A stretch of 54,405 nt of DNA from Pseudomonadales bacterium (GCA_031260485.1 JAIRJU010000067.1:1-54405); one strand, 5' to 3'. Counted from the stretch's first letter, positions 8,346 to 21,986 are shown. Notes: generated from the sequence alone by a model not told the origin. A program made the numbers and translations.

Positions 8346-9716
8346 TCATGTGGAACGCTTGGTTGGCCGCTGCCAGCCATCAATGTTGCGCTGTTGGCCA
8401 CGCGCCACGGCCAGTTGATCCTGCCCGACATCCTGCGTGATTACCGAACCCGCGCCGATGGTGGCGCCGCTGGCGATGTTCACCGGCGCCACCAGCGCGG
8501 TATTGGAGCCGATGAATACGCGATCGCCGATCACGGTTCTGGATTTGTTCGCACCGTCGTAATTACAGGTGATGGTGCCCGCGCCGACGTTGACATCGCT
8601 GCCCAGCACGCTATCGCCCACATAGCTGAGGTGGTTCACCTTGCTGCGCGCGCCGATCCGCGCTTGTTTGATCTCGACGAAGTTGCCGATTCTGACTTCG
8701 TCTTCCACCTCTGCGCCGGGGCGGATTCTGGCGAAGGGGCCAAGGTGGCAAGCGCGGCCAATGACGGCGTTTTCCAGCACGCTGTTGGCCTCGATTACGG
8801 TAGCGGCGCCGATGCGGCAGTTTTTCAGTACACAGTTCGGGCCGATCTTCACGTCTTCGGCAATTTCAACTTTTCCTTCCAGAATCACGTTGACATCAAT
8901 TTCTACATCGCTGGCGCAAACGAGATCGCCACGGATGTCTACCCGCGCAGGATCGCGCAGAGTGACACCGTTCAGCATCAAGTGGTGTGTGCGGCGCGCT
9001 TGATATTCGCGCTCGAGCTGCGCCAGTTGCACGCGATTGTTCACGCCGCTGATTTCCACTGCATCGGCGCAGCGCAAGGTGCGCACGGCATAGCCTGCGG
9101 CCAGCGCGATGCTGACAAGATCGGTGAGATAGTATTCACCTTGCGCGTTGTTGGCCCCAAGCTGAGGCAGCCATTCATGCAGACGCGCCACTGGCGCCGC
9201 CAGGATGCCGCTGTTGATTTCGGTGATGCGGCGCTCTGCGTCTGTGGCGTCCTTATGTTCCACGATGGCGCTGATGTTGCCCTGCGCATCGCGCAGAATG
9301 CGGCCCAGGCCCGTGGGATCCTGCACCTCGCAGGTGAGCACCGCCAGGCTGCCGGTGGCGCACAGCGCCAGAAATTCGCGCAGCGTTTCCACGCGAATCA
9401 GCGGCACGTCGCCATAGAGTACGAGCGCCAGCGCGTTGCGATCGAGTTGCGGCAGGGCTTGCAGCACGGCATGGCCGGTGCCGCGCTGTTCTTGCTGCAA
9501 GACAAAATTGAGATTTTCCTGGGCGAGCGCGGCGCGAATCGCCTCGGCGCCATGGCCAATCACCACATGCGTGGTTTTCGCCTCTAACTGCCGTGCAGCC
9601 GCCACTGCGTGCTGCACCAGCGGTTTGCCGCCGAGGGTATGCAGCACCTTGGGCAACTTGGAGCACATGCGAGTGCCTTTGCCCGCTGCCAAGATCACCA
9701 CGTTCAGTGCTTGCAT
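8346..9716 (-). CDS. glmU: bifunctional UDP-N-acetylglucosamine pyrophosphorylase / GlcN-1-P acetyltransferase
   Basis: 456 aa with N-terminal LAAGKGTRM and a C-terminal left-handed beta-helix of hexapeptide repeats. Confidence 0.97.
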   Translation of the reverse strand: MQALNVVILAAGKGTRMCSKLPKVLHTLGGKPLVQHAVAAARQLEAKTTHVVIGHGAEAIRAALAQENLNFVLQQEQRGTGHAVLQALPQLDRNALALVLYGDVPLIRVETLREFLALCATGSLAVLTCEVQDPTGLGRILRDAQGNISAIVEHKDATDAERRITEINSGILAAPVARLHEWLPQLGANNAQGEYYLTDLVSIALAAGYAVRTLRCADAVEISGVNNRVQLAQLEREYQARRTHHLMLNGVTLRDPARVDIRGDLVCASDVEIDVNVILEGKVEIAEDVKIGPNCVLKNCRIGAATVIEANSVLENAVIGRACHLGPFARIRPGAEVEDEVRIGNFVEIKQARIGARSKVNHLSYVGDSVLGSDVNVGAGTITCNYDGANKSRTVIGDRVFIGSNTALVAPVNIASGATIGAGSVITQDVGQDQLAVARGQQRNIDGWQRPTKRST

Positions 9717-9760
9717 GGTTGTGCCTGTTTTGTTCTGAGCGGTTAGTTTCTCTTATTCCC

Positions 9761-9796
9761 TTCCCCGCTTGCGGGATTTGAATCAAAACCACTCTA
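9761..9796 (-). repeat. degenerate copy of the 3'-end repeat module, overlapping the atpC stop
   Basis: ccccgcttgcgggatttgaatcaaaaccactcta resembles the GATTYGATCAAAAAYGCTCTA end of copies A and B, and the cccgcWWgcggg hairpin seen next to copy B. Confidence 0.35.
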
Positions 9797-10222
9797 GTGC
9801 CCGATCTGCTTACGCAACTGCTGGATGGTACGCAACTGTGCCACGGCTTCGGCCAGTTGTGTCGCGGCGCGCGAATAGTCGATGGTGGCGTCGCGGTTGA
9901 GTACCACGTCGGCGGCGGCACGCCTGGCTTCTTCGGCGTGTACGGCGTCCATGTCGTCGGCGCGGATGGCGGTGTCTGCCAGAACGTTGACGACGCTGGG
10001 CTGCACTTCGATATAACCGCCAGAAACATAGAACACCAACTCTTCGCCTTCTTGTGTTACCAGGCGCAGCGGGCCCGGCACCAATTCACTCAAGAGCGGC
10101 GCGTGCCCTGGCAGAATGCCCATGTCGCCGAGCGCGCCGGTAACCACCACAGACCTTACGCGGCCTGAGAAGATCCGCGCCTCGGTGCTGGCGATGTCCA
10201 GGTGCATTGTCGTCATTGCCAT
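9794..10222 (-). CDS. atpC: F0F1 ATP synthase subunit epsilon
   Basis: 142 aa, last gene of the atp operon. Contains LPGHAPLL. Confidence 0.95.
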   Translation of the reverse strand: MAMTTMHLDIASTEARIFSGRVRSVVVTGALGDMGILPGHAPLLSELVPGPLRLVTQEGEELVFYVSGGYIEVQPSVVNVLADTAIRADDMDAVHAEEARRAAADVVLNRDATIDYSRAATQLAEAVAQLRTIQQLRKQIGH

Positions 10223-10272
10223 GGTCGCTGTCCTGTTTATTCCTTACTTATCCGCTCTCGTTGATCCGCCGC

Positions 10273-12607
<2,335 letters not shown>

Positions 12608-12613
12608 AGCGCG

Positions 12614-14158
12614 TTACCAGGTCTGGGTGGAAACGAAGGTATCCAGCGACGCTTTGATAGAGGCTGCGATCGCGTCGGAATAATCGCCGGTCTCGTTGAT
12701 CTGCTTCATCAGTGCTGCCTGGCTGCTGTTCATGTAGGCCAACAGCGCAGCTTCGAAATCGGCGATCTTGTTGATGGCCAGCGGCTTGAGGTAGCCCTCG
12801 TTGGCAGCATAGAGCACCACGCCCATTTCGGCGACGGACAAGGGGGAATATTGTTTTTGCTTCATCAGTTCAGTAACGCGCTGGCCGTGCTCCAACTGTG
12901 CGCGGGTGGCGTCGTCGAGATCGGACGCGAACTGCGCGAATGCCGCCAGTTCACGGTATTGCGCCAGCGCCAGACGAATACCGCCGCCGAGTTTTTTGAT
13001 GATCTTGGTCTGCGCGGCACCGCCGACGCGGGAAACGGAGAGACCGGCGTTCATGGCCGGGCGCGTGCCGGAGTTGAACAACGAGGTTTCCAGGAAGATC
13101 TGACCGTCAGTGATCGAAATCACGTTGGTTGGCACGAATGCAGAGACGTCGCCAGCCTGGGTTTCGATGATGGGCAGCGCGGTGAGCGAGCCGGTTTTGC
13201 CTTTGACTTCACCATTGGTGAGTTTTTCGACATGCTCGGCGTTGACGCGCGCGGCGCGCTCGAGCAAACGGCTGTGCAGATAGAACACGTCGCCGGGATA
13301 GGCTTCGCGGCCCGGCGGACGCCGCAGCAACAACGAGATCTGGCGATAGGCCCAGGCTTGTTTGGTCAAGTCATCATAAATGATGAGGGCATCTTGACCG
13401 CGGTCACGGTAATACTCGCCCATGGTGCAGCCGGTGTACGGTGCCAGGAACTGCATCGCGGCCGGATCGGCAGCGCCCGCGGCCACCACGATGGTGTGCT
13501 CCATGGCGCCATGTTCTTCCAGCTTGCGCACGACGGCAGCGATCGAGCTTTGCTTCTGGCCGACAGCCACGTAGATACACTTAATGCCGGTGCCTTTCTG
13601 ATTGATGATGGCGTCTACCGCGATTGCGGTTTTGCCTACCTGACGGTCGCCGATGATCAATTCGCGCTGGCCGCGTCCGATCGGCACCATCGAGTCGATG
13701 GCCTTCAGCCCGATCTGCACCGGCTGCGAGACAGATTTACGCGCGATTACACCGGGCGCCACTTTTTCCACGGCGTCGCTCAGCTTGGCGTTGATCGGGC
13801 CTTTGCCGTCGATGGGATTGCCCAAGGCATCGACCACGCGGCCTTCGAGTTCTGGACCGATCGGCACTTCCAAAATGCGTTTGGTGCAGCGGCAGGTTTG
13901 GCCTTCGGCGAGCTTCTGGTAATCCCCGAGCACCACCGCGCCCACGGAATCGCGCTCGAGGTTCAAGGCCATGCCGTAGATGCCGCCTTCGAACTCGATC
14001 ATTTCGCCGTACATCACATCGGCAAGGCCATGAATACGGATGATGCCGTCGGACACGCTGACGATCGTGCCTTCGTTCTGGGCCTGCGCGGTGACATCGA
14101 GCTTCTCGATGCGCTGCTTGATGATGTCACTGATTTCCGATGGATTCAGTTGCTGCAT
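12614..14158 (-). CDS. atpA: F0F1 ATP synthase subunit alpha
   Basis: 514 aa with Walker A GDRQVGKT. Confidence 0.98.
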   Translation of the reverse strand: MQQLNPSEISDIIKQRIEKLDVTAQAQNEGTIVSVSDGIIRIHGLADVMYGEMIEFEGGIYGMALNLERDSVGAVVLGDYQKLAEGQTCRCTKRILEVPIGPELEGRVVDALGNPIDGKGPINAKLSDAVEKVAPGVIARKSVSQPVQIGLKAIDSMVPIGRGQRELIIGDRQVGKTAIAVDAIINQKGTGIKCIYVAVGQKQSSIAAVVRKLEEHGAMEHTIVVAAGAADPAAMQFLAPYTGCTMGEYYRDRGQDALIIYDDLTKQAWAYRQISLLLRRPPGREAYPGDVFYLHSRLLERAARVNAEHVEKLTNGEVKGKTGSLTALPIIETQAGDVSAFVPTNVISITDGQIFLETSLFNSGTRPAMNAGLSVSRVGGAAQTKIIKKLGGGIRLALAQYRELAAFAQFASDLDDATRAQLEHGQRVTELMKQKQYSPLSVAEMGVVLYAANEGYLKPLAINKIADFEAALLAYMNSSQAALMKQINETGDYSDAIAASIKASLDTFVSTQTW

Positions 14159-14211
14159 GATGGATTCCTCAACACGGTTCCGACGACTTGCCTGGCGAGA
14201 GCCTTGGCGTC

Positions 14212-14748
14212 TCAGACGTTCATGGTTTCTGAAAGTTTGTTCAATTTTCCGCGCACGGAAGCGTCGATCACGAGATCGCCAGCGTGCACGATCACTCCGC
14301 CGATCAAGCGCTGATCCACACTGGCGCTCAGCTTCACCTCGCGCTGCAAACGCGCCTTGAGCGCGGCGGCCAAGGCTTGCGTCTGGGCGTCGTTCATGGC
14401 GAAGGCGCTGATGACTTCGACATCCACGGTGCGCTCGCGCTCGGCCTTGAGCGCTTCATAGAGTTGCACGACTTCTGGCAGCAGCGCCAAACGCTTGTTG
14501 CTGGCGAGCAGACGCACGAAGTTTTGCAGCGTGGCATCGAGATCGGCGCCTGCGAGATCAAGCAGCAGCTTGGCTTGCTGTTCCCAGCCGAGCCCAGGGC
14601 GGCTCAGAAATTCCGCCACTTTTTCCTGCTGCTGCAAAGCGGCAATGAGCCCCAGCCCCTGGGACCAGTCGGCCAGCTTGCCGGCCGCTTCCGCGGTCTC
14701 GAATGCCGCTCTGGCATAAGGACGCGCAAACGTGGTGAGTTGCGACAT
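14212..14748 (-). CDS. atpH: F0F1 ATP synthase subunit delta
   Basis: 178 aa; assigned by operon position and the N-terminal [10 protein letters not shown]. Confidence 0.93.
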   Translation of the reverse strand: MSQLTTFARPYARAAFETAEAAGKLADWSQGLGLIAALQQQEKVAEFLSRPGLGWEQQAKLLLDLAGADLDATLQNFVRLLASNKRLALLPEVVQLYEALKAERERTVDVEVISAFAMNDAQTQALAAALKARLQREVKLSASVDQRLIGGVIVHAGDLVIDASVRGKLNKLSETMNV

Positions 14749-14760
14749 GGACAGTTTCCT

Positions 14761-15231
14761 TTACAGGCTGGCGGCCAGTTTCTGCAAGAGATCGGTGTGC
14801 GCGTTCTGATCGACGCTGCGCTCGAGAATTTTCTCGGCGCCCGCCACGGCTAGCGTAGCCACCTGCTGACGCAGGTGCTCTCTGGCTTGGTTGACCTGTT
14901 GGTCAATTTCCGCCTGGGCGCCCGCTTTGATACGGTTGCCTTCCTCGCGTGCCTTGTCCTTGGCTTCTTCGAGGATCTGGCTGGCGCGTTTGTTGGCCTG
15001 ATCAATGATGCCCGCGGAATTGGCCTTGGCTTCCTTCAGCAAGTCGGCGGCGCGTTGCTGCGCCTGTTCGAGATCACGCCCGGCGCGATCGGCGGCGTCC
15101 AGGCCATCGGCGATTTTCTTCTGCCGCGCTTCCAGCGTCGCAATGATGGGCGGCCAGACATATTTCTGGCAGAACCATACGAACAGGAAGAATGCGAAAA
15201 TTTGCCCAATGATGGTTGCATTCAGATTCAT
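14761..15231 (-). CDS. atpF: F0F1 ATP synthase subunit b
   Basis: 156 aa with one N-terminal TM helix followed by a long charged helix. Confidence 0.93.
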   Translation of the reverse strand: MNLNATIIGQIFAFFLFVWFCQKYVWPPIIATLEARQKKIADGLDAADRAGRDLEQAQQRAADLLKEAKANSAGIIDQANKRASQILEEAKDKAREEGNRIKAGAQAEIDQQVNQAREHLRQQVATLAVAGAEKILERSVDQNAHTDLLQKLAASL

Positions 15232-15330
15232 AGATTATTCACCTTGAGGTCATGGCCGGCCGGCGCGACAGGCCATGCCGCAGAACAGCAAAGATCCAGT
15301 CAATGACGGCCTTGGCGCAATGCCTGGTTT

Positions 15331-15576
15331 TTACACGCTGAACGGCTGAACGAAGATGAAATACATCGCCATACCGACACCGATGATCGAGATTACGTCC
15401 ACGAACGCGGCAACGATGAAGAACTGCACCTGCAAGCGCGGCGCCAATTCCGGCTGACGCGCGGAGCTTTCGATCAATTTGCCGCCGAGCAGGCCGAAAC
15501 CGATGGCGGTGCCTGCGCCGCAGATACCGAAAATCAGGGCTGCAGCGAGCATGGTGTTGGCGAAAATGGTTTCCAT
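15331..15576 (-). CDS. atpE: F0F1 ATP synthase subunit c
   Basis: 81 aa hairpin proteolipid with a GxGxGxG helix and ARQPE loop. Confidence 0.95.
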   Translation of the reverse strand: METIFANTMLAAALIFGICGAGTAIGFGLLGGKLIESSARQPELAPRLQVQFFIVAAFVDVISIIGVGMAMYFIFVQPFSV

Positions 15577-15602
15577 TGTTGTCTCCAGAGTGATGAAGGG
15601 TT

Positions 15603-15663
15603 GTTGCTAAAGTTGCTAAAAATAACGTTGCTAAAAATGTTGTTGAAACGGTGTTGCTGAAAA
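15603..15663 (-). repeat. reiterated GTTGCTAAA(A) motif (UUUAGCAAC on the mRNA strand) in the atpB-atpE spacer
   Basis: There are three close copies at 15603, 15612 and 15627. Two variants follow at 15639 (gttgttgaaa) and 15653 (gttgctgaaaa). Confidence 0.6.
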
Positions 15664-15710
15664 TGGCTTGTCGAACTCGTTGAGGTGGCGCTAGTCAACG
15701 ACGCCTCTCC

Positions 15711-16571
<861 letters not shown>

Positions 16572-16597
16572 TTACTCAAATCGGGTTGTAATCAAGT

Positions 16598-16987
16598 CTA
16601 TTGCCGGGCGTCGATGTGCAAGGTAACTCGCGCCAATGCCACGAGCCCTACGACATGCACCAGGACAAACCCACAAAAAAGCCCTACGACATGCAAGGGT
16701 TTGACCTGGGTGAACACCAAGGCGAAGCCTGCGCCGGTAAGGGCTAGTTTCATCAATTCCGCGAAGTAGACACTGCGCACCATCCGTTCGGTGGCTCTGG
16801 CGCCCCGGTAGCGCATGGCCTTGTAGGCAAAATACGCGCCGGGAACGATCGAAAGCAAACCGCCAAGCAAGATGGAATAGGCGGCTACGGTTCCGAGAAA
16901 AACTTGGGCAAGTGCCGCAAGGATGAGCAGTATGGCCAACTGCCGCAATATGACCCGGCTGACTGGGGGCGTTGGGATGGCTGACAT
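16598..16987 (-). CDS. atpI: ATP synthase protein I
   Basis: 129 aa with about 4 TM helices, the first gene of the atp operon. Confidence 0.8.
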   Translation of the reverse strand: MSAIPTPPVSRVILRQLAILLILAALAQVFLGTVAAYSILLGGLLSIVPGAYFAYKAMRYRGARATERMVRSVYFAELMKLALTGAGFALVFTQVKPLHVVGLFCGFVLVHVVGLVALARVTLHIDARQ

Positions 16988-17234
16988 TATTTATCCACCG
17001 TTTGCCCATCGTTTGCCCTAGGCGTCTTGGACCCTGGATCTCCCACGGGTGTTGGAACTTTGTAGAGGTTCCTCACCAAACAGTAGGAATTGGCTGATTT
17101 AGCTCACTTTTCCCGGAACGAGCGACCATTCTGTGGCTACCCGTCAAAAGCGGCGCATTATAGTGAGTCCCTTACGCCACGGCAATACTTATACGGGGTT
17201 GTTACAGAGACACAGCGTCATAATCGCGCAACTC

Positions 17235-18203
17235 TCAACGAATCCGCGCCAAAATGCCATCCAACTGATCCAGTGAGGCATATTTGAGGATCAGCCTGCC
17301 TTTGCCCTTGGCGGTATGCTCGACCATCACTTCCGCGCCCAGGCGCTGAGAAAGCTCGTCTTGCAGCGAGCGGATGTCAGGATCGAGTTCCGCGTTATCG
17401 CTGTGCTTACCGCCCTCCTCGATGTTGGCCAGTTCGCGGCGCACCAGCGCTTCGGTCTGGCGCACGTTCAGCCCGCGCGCAATCACCACGCGGGCGATCT
17501 GGCTTTGCGGCAGAGGATCGAGGCTGAGCAGCGCGCGCGCGTGGCCCATTTCGAGATCGCCGTGCTCGAGGAAGGTGCGTACTTCAGGTTGCAGGCTCAT
17601 CAGGCGCAATAAATTGGTGACTGCCGTGCGCGATTTGCCCACCGCATCTGCCACTTCCTGCTGCGTGAGTTCAAATTCGTCTTGCAGGCGTTTGAGCGCG
17701 AAGGCTTCTTCGATGGGGTTGAGGTCTTCGCGTTGAATGTTCTCGATCAAGGCCATGGCGATGGCGGCTTCGTCCGGCACGTCTTTGATCAGCGCGGGAA
17801 TGGTGCCGAGCCCCGCCAACTGACACGCGCGCCAGCGGCGTTCGCCAGCGATGATTTCGTATTTGCCAGGGCCAAGGGGGCGCACCACAATCGGCTGCAT
17901 CACGCCTTGCGTCTTGATCGAGGCGGCCAGTTCTTCGAGCGCCTCGGGGCGGATGTCCATGCGCGGCTGGTATTTGCCGCTCTGAATGAATTCGACCGGC
18001 AATTGCCGCAGCGAGCCGTCCGCGGGTATCGGTGCTGGCATAGGAGCCGCGCTGGCTTGCGGCGCGTCTGCTGCGGCTTGCGTTGGCGTTGCTGCCGGCA
18101 CAGGCATTGTCACCGGCACCGGCGTCGCCGCTTCCTGCACGCTCTTGCGCGCACCCAAAAGCGCATCAAGCCCCTTGCCCAATCCTCGTTTTTTCACTGA
18201 CAT
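17235..18203 (-). CDS. parB: chromosome partitioning protein ParB
   Basis: 322 aa with GLGKGLDALL, the ParB box GERRWRA and an HTH. It has a Pro/Ala-rich N-terminal linker. Confidence 0.95.
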   Translation of the reverse strand: MSVKKRGLGKGLDALLGARKSVQEAATPVPVTMPVPAATPTQAAADAPQASAAPMPAPIPADGSLRQLPVEFIQSGKYQPRMDIRPEALEELAASIKTQGVMQPIVVRPLGPGKYEIIAGERRWRACQLAGLGTIPALIKDVPDEAAIAMALIENIQREDLNPIEEAFALKRLQDEFELTQQEVADAVGKSRTAVTNLLRLMSLQPEVRTFLEHGDLEMGHARALLSLDPLPQSQIARVVIARGLNVRQTEALVRRELANIEEGGKHSDNAELDPDIRSLQDELSQRLGAEVMVEHTAKGKGRLILKYASLDQLDGILARIR

Positions 18204-18206
18204 GGA

Positions 18207-19061
18207 TTAACTGCCCTTGTAGGAGTTGCCATTGTTGTAGGCGCTGCCATTGTTGTCGGTGTCCGGTTCCGGGCTATGTCTGCCTTGACGGCGGACCAAT
18301 TCCCCGGCCAGCGCCAAGTAGGCCAAGGCGCCGGTCGAGTTTTTATCATAGACGATGATCGGCAGACCATAGCTTGGCGCTTCAGCCAGCCGCACGTTGC
18401 GCGGAATTACCGTGCGATAGACCAGTTCGCCGAAGAATTGTTTGAGCTGGTCCGAGACTTCCACCGTAAGCCTGTTGCGCGGATCGAACATGGTGCGCAC
18501 CAATCCTTCGATGGCAAGACCCGGATTGACCGAGGCCGCGATGCCGCTGATGGTGTCCGACAATGCGGACAAGCCTTCGAGCGCGAAATACTCGCACTGC
18601 ATCGGAATCAGCACGCCATGGGCGGCCACCAGCGCGTTGAGCGTAAGCATGTTGAGCGACGGCGGACAGTCGATGAGGATATAGTCGTAGTGATCGCTTT
18701 CAGGCGCCAGCGCTTGCTTGAGCCGCTGTTCCTTTTCCGGCGCGTCGATCAATTCCACTTCGGCGGCGGTGAGATCGCCATTGGCCGGCAGTACCGCGAA
18801 ACCATTTTCATCCAGCGCGACGATGGCCTCTTTGGCACTGCACTGATGGGTCAGCACTTCATAGACTCCTCGTTCCAATTCAGCCTTGTTGACACCGCTG
18901 CCCATGGTGGCGTTGCCCTGCGGATCGAGATCCACCAAGAGGACGCGCTGCTGCATCCGTGCCAACGACGCGGCAAGGTTGATCGACGTGGTGGTTTTGC
19001 CGACGCCGCCTTTCTGGTTGGCGATGGCCAAAATTTTCGCTGCCGTAATTTTTGCTGCCAT
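18207..19061 (-). CDS. parA: chromosome partitioning ATPase ParA/Soj with an unusual Asn/Gly-rich C-terminal tail
   Basis: 284 aa with the deviant Walker A KGGVGKTT. The tail reads ...RRQGRHSPEPDTDNNGSAYNNGNSYKGS. Confidence 0.95.
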   Translation of the reverse strand: MAAKITAAKILAIANQKGGVGKTTTSINLAASLARMQQRVLLVDLDPQGNATMGSGVNKAELERGVYEVLTHQCSAKEAIVALDENGFAVLPANGDLTAAEVELIDAPEKEQRLKQALAPESDHYDYILIDCPPSLNMLTLNALVAAHGVLIPMQCEYFALEGLSALSDTISGIAASVNPGLAIEGLVRTMFDPRNRLTVEVSDQLKQFFGELVYRTVIPRNVRLAEAPSYGLPIIVYDKNSTGALAYLALAGELVRRQGRHSPEPDTDNNGSAYNNGNSYKGS

Positions 19062-19122
19062 GGTATTTAACCTTGTTTTTCGTCTTGCTGGTTTTTCATT
19101 CTGTACCGCACTGCTGGCTTTT

Positions 19123-19170
19123 TACTGTCATGGTACTTTACTGTCATGGTACTTTTTACCATCATGGTAT
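19123..19170. repeat. three ~16 bp direct repeats (TACYRTCATGGTA core) between rsmG and parA
   Basis: tactgtcatggtacttt occurs twice at a 16 bp period (19123-19139, 19139-19155). It is followed by the perfect palindrome taccatcatggta at 19157-19169. The same CATGGTA core surrounds the parA start at 19059-19065. Confidence 0.8.
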
Positions 19171-19835
19171 CAACACACGAGCGCGGCGCGCGGTCTGAGG
19201 TCGAGCACACAACGCTCCGCATCCAAATCCGGTACGCGCAAACCATAACTGGCGTAGAGGTGGAAATCCTCTGCTATCGTTACCAGCTCGGCATCCGGCA
19301 TCCGGCCTTTCATGGCCAATAATTTGGCGCCTTGCCCAGCCCGCAGCAAATGACGGCAGGCTGCGATGAACTCGGACAAGGACGCAAAGGCGCGGCTAGT
19401 CACAATGTCCACGGCAGGCTCGGCAGCATAGTCTTCCACCCTGGCATGGACAACCTCGATATTATCGAGCCCAAGTTGCGCGGCGGTTTGAAAGATGAAG
19501 CGCGTCTTCTTGCTGTTGCTGTCGATGAGAATGAAGTGAACATCCGGCAAGCAGATCGCCAGCGGCAGCCCCGGCAAACCGGCACCGGTGCCCACATCCG
19601 CCACGCGCTTGCCGTCGATATAGGGCAAAAGACTAAGACTGTCGAGCAGGTGATACGGCAACATGGCCTCGGGATCGCGGATGCCGCTGAGATTGAAGGC
19701 CTTGTTCCACCTATGCAATTGTTCAAGGTACGCAAGCAGACGCGCGGGCGCTTGGCTCGGCAGCGTCAAACCTAACTGCTCGATGCCTGCGGCTAAACGT
19801 GTTTGCAATTGCGCCGCATGAACCAGCATCGGCAA
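19170..19835 (-). CDS. rsmG: 16S rRNA (guanine527-N7)-methyltransferase
   Basis: 221 aa with the SAM motif VADVGTGAGLPGLPLA, positioned between mnmG and parA. Confidence 0.94.
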   Translation of the reverse strand: MPMLVHAAQLQTRLAAGIEQLGLTLPSQAPARLLAYLEQLHRWNKAFNLSGIRDPEAMLPYHLLDSLSLLPYIDGKRVADVGTGAGLPGLPLAICLPDVHFILIDSNSKKTRFIFQTAAQLGLDNIEVVHARVEDYAAEPAVDIVTSRAFASLSEFIAACRHLLRAGQGAKLLAMKGRMPDAELVTIAEDFHLYASYGLRVPDLDAERCVLDLRPRAALVC

Positions 19836-19838
19836 GGC

Positions 19839-21809
19839 TCAAGCCGACTTTTTAGCGGCACGAGAGTCCGCGCGCGAATCAGCGAGCGTTTCTACCTGCG
19901 CCGATTCGCCCGCGTTGATCTGTTGCCGCCCTTGGTGTTTCTTTACGTACACGAGCAGCAAAGAAATTGCGGCAGGCGTCACCCCTGGGATGCGCGATGC
20001 GCGGCCAACGCTATCAGGCTTGGCATCTGAGAGTTTCTGCTTCAACTCGTTGGAGAGCCCAATGATGGCGTTGAAGTCGAATCCCGCAGGAATCGATGTT
20101 TCTTCATGACGGCGCAGTTTTTCGATCTCATCGTGCTGGCGGTCGATGTAACCTTGATACTTCACCTTGATTTCAAGCTGCGTTTTTACCGTATCTTGCG
20201 GCAGATCATCACGCAAACCGCAGGCGCGCGCCGCTTGCAATACCTCATCGAGCGACAATTCAGGGCGCGCCACCAGTTCGCTCAGGCGATATTCATGACC
20301 GAGCGGTTTTTCAAGTTTGGCATCGAGCAATGCACAAAGCGCGGTGCCAGGGCGAACCCAACTTTGATCGAGCCAACGTGCTTCGCGCGCCAAGGCTTCT
20401 TGTTTGCGGCAAAACTGCGCCCAGCGTTCGTCATCGACGACACCGAGCTTGCGGCCAATTTCAGTGAGGCGAAAATCGGCATTGTCCTGCCGCAATTGCA
20501 AGCGGTATTCGGCGCGGCTAGTGAACATGCGGTAGGGCTCGCGCGTGCCTTGCGTCAAAAGATCATCGACCAGCACGCCGATATAGGCTTCGTCGCGCGC
20601 AGGGCTCCAGGGCTCTTTTTCAAGTGCGGCACGGCCTGCATTGATGCCTGCCAGCAAGCCTTGCGCCGCCGCTTCCTCATAACCTGTGGTGCCGTTGATC
20701 TGCCCAGCGAAATAAAGACCTTGGATGTAACGGGTTTCCAGCGTCGGCCAGAGATCGCGCGGATCGAAAAAATCATACTCGATAGCATAACCAGGCCGCG
20801 TGATGTGTGCGTTCTCAAAGCCTTTGATGTTGGCGATCACCTTTTGCTGAATCGAGAACGGCAGGCTGGTGGAAATACCGTTGGGATAAAGCTCGTGCGT
20901 GGTAAGGCCCTCGGGCTCGACAAAAATTTGGTGACTCGTGCGCTCGGCGAAACGCACCACTTTGTCTTCGATCGACGGACAATAACGCGGACCCACGCCT
21001 TCGATCACACCGGCATACATTGGCGACTGATCGAGGCCGGCGCGGATGATGTCATGACAACGTTCATTGGTGGCTGTGATGTAGCAGCTTACCTGCCGCG
21101 GGTGTTCCGCCACGGTACCGAGGTAAGACAGCACCGGCGTTGGCGTATCGCCTGGTTGCTCCTGCATCACCGAAAAATCCACGGTGCGGGCGTCGATGCG
21201 CGGCGGCGTTCCGGTTTTGAGCCGCCCTACCCGCAGTGGCAGTTCACGCAAGCGCTGCGCCAGCGTAAGCGACGGCGGATCCCCGGCGCGGCCTCCTGCA
21301 TAATTCTGCAAACCGATGTGAATTTTTCCGCCGAGAAAGGTGCCTGCGGTCAAGACGACACAGCGGGCATAAAAGCGCAGCCCCATTTGTGTGACGATGC
21401 CACGGACACGATCGCCTTCAACAATCACATCATCCACAGCCTGTTGGAACAAGCGCAGCCCTGGCTGGTTTTCCAGCATGGCGCGTACCGCCGCCTTGTA
21501 GAGCACGCGGTCTGCCTGCGCGCGGGTCGCCCGTACCGCGGGGCCTTTGCTGGCATTGAGCACGCGAAACTGAATGCCGCTACGATCCGCCGCGCGCGCC
21601 ATGGCGCCGCCGAGCGCATCAACTTCCATCACCAGATGGGTTTTACCAATGCCGCCAATGGCGGGATTGCAAGACATCTGCCCCAAGGTTTCGATGTTAT
21701 GCGTTACCAGCAAGGTACGCGCGCCCAGCCGCGCAGAGGCGAGCGCCGCCTCGGTGCCGGCGTGGCCCCCGCCGACGACGATCACGTCATAAGTTTCGGA
21801 AACGGACAT
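19839..21809 (-). CDS. mnmG: tRNA uridine 5-carboxymethylaminomethyl modification enzyme MnmG (GidA)
   Basis: 656 aa with the FAD motif [12 protein letters not shown]. It carries a ~25 aa C-terminal extension containing ADSRADSRA. Confidence 0.97.
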   Translation of the reverse strand: MSVSETYDVIVVGGGHAGTEAALASARLGARTLLVTHNIETLGQMSCNPAIGGIGKTHLVMEVDALGGAMARAADRSGIQFRVLNASKGPAVRATRAQADRVLYKAAVRAMLENQPGLRLFQQAVDDVIVEGDRVRGIVTQMGLRFYARCVVLTAGTFLGGKIHIGLQNYAGGRAGDPPSLTLAQRLRELPLRVGRLKTGTPPRIDARTVDFSVMQEQPGDTPTPVLSYLGTVAEHPRQVSCYITATNERCHDIIRAGLDQSPMYAGVIEGVGPRYCPSIEDKVVRFAERTSHQIFVEPEGLTTHELYPNGISTSLPFSIQQKVIANIKGFENAHITRPGYAIEYDFFDPRDLWPTLETRYIQGLYFAGQINGTTGYEEAAAQGLLAGINAGRAALEKEPWSPARDEAYIGVLVDDLLTQGTREPYRMFTSRAEYRLQLRQDNADFRLTEIGRKLGVVDDERWAQFCRKQEALAREARWLDQSWVRPGTALCALLDAKLEKPLGHEYRLSELVARPELSLDEVLQAARACGLRDDLPQDTVKTQLEIKVKYQGYIDRQHDEIEKLRRHEETSIPAGFDFNAIIGLSNELKQKLSDAKPDSVGRASRIPGVTPAAISLLLVYVKKHQGRQQINAGESAQVETLADSRADSRAAKKSA

Positions 21810-21956
21810 GGCTCTGGGTCAGGGAGAAAGAGATCGCGGATTATAAACGCTCTGGTGAGGATAAGCCCGCGTCACACGTTGCCGAGGCGGTATCGGGTAA
21901 ACCGTCAGTTAAACTCTATCTCTATATGTAGTTATTTTTATTATTGTTATTAGGCA

Positions 21957-21986
21957 CCGCCTTACCTGGGGGTAAGCGGTTTTTTT
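21957..21986 (+). terminator. plus-strand intrinsic terminator-like hairpin inside the mnmG-dnaA spacer
   Basis: ccgccttacc-tggg-ggtaagcgg gives 9 bp with one bulged C, followed by seven T. No plus-strand gene lies upstream. Confidence 0.5.

Noticed and set aside
9764-9790. tRNA-like T-arm resemblance (gggatttgaatc) in the glmU-atpC spacer.
   Set aside because: There is no acceptor stem, anticodon arm or D-arm in the flanking sequence. The segment is better explained as a degenerate copy of the 3'-end repeat module.
16990-16998. DnaA-box-like TTATCCACC at the atpI start.
   Set aside because: It is an isolated 8/9 match overlapping a coding start, far from the box cluster. A match of this kind is expected by chance in 54 kb.
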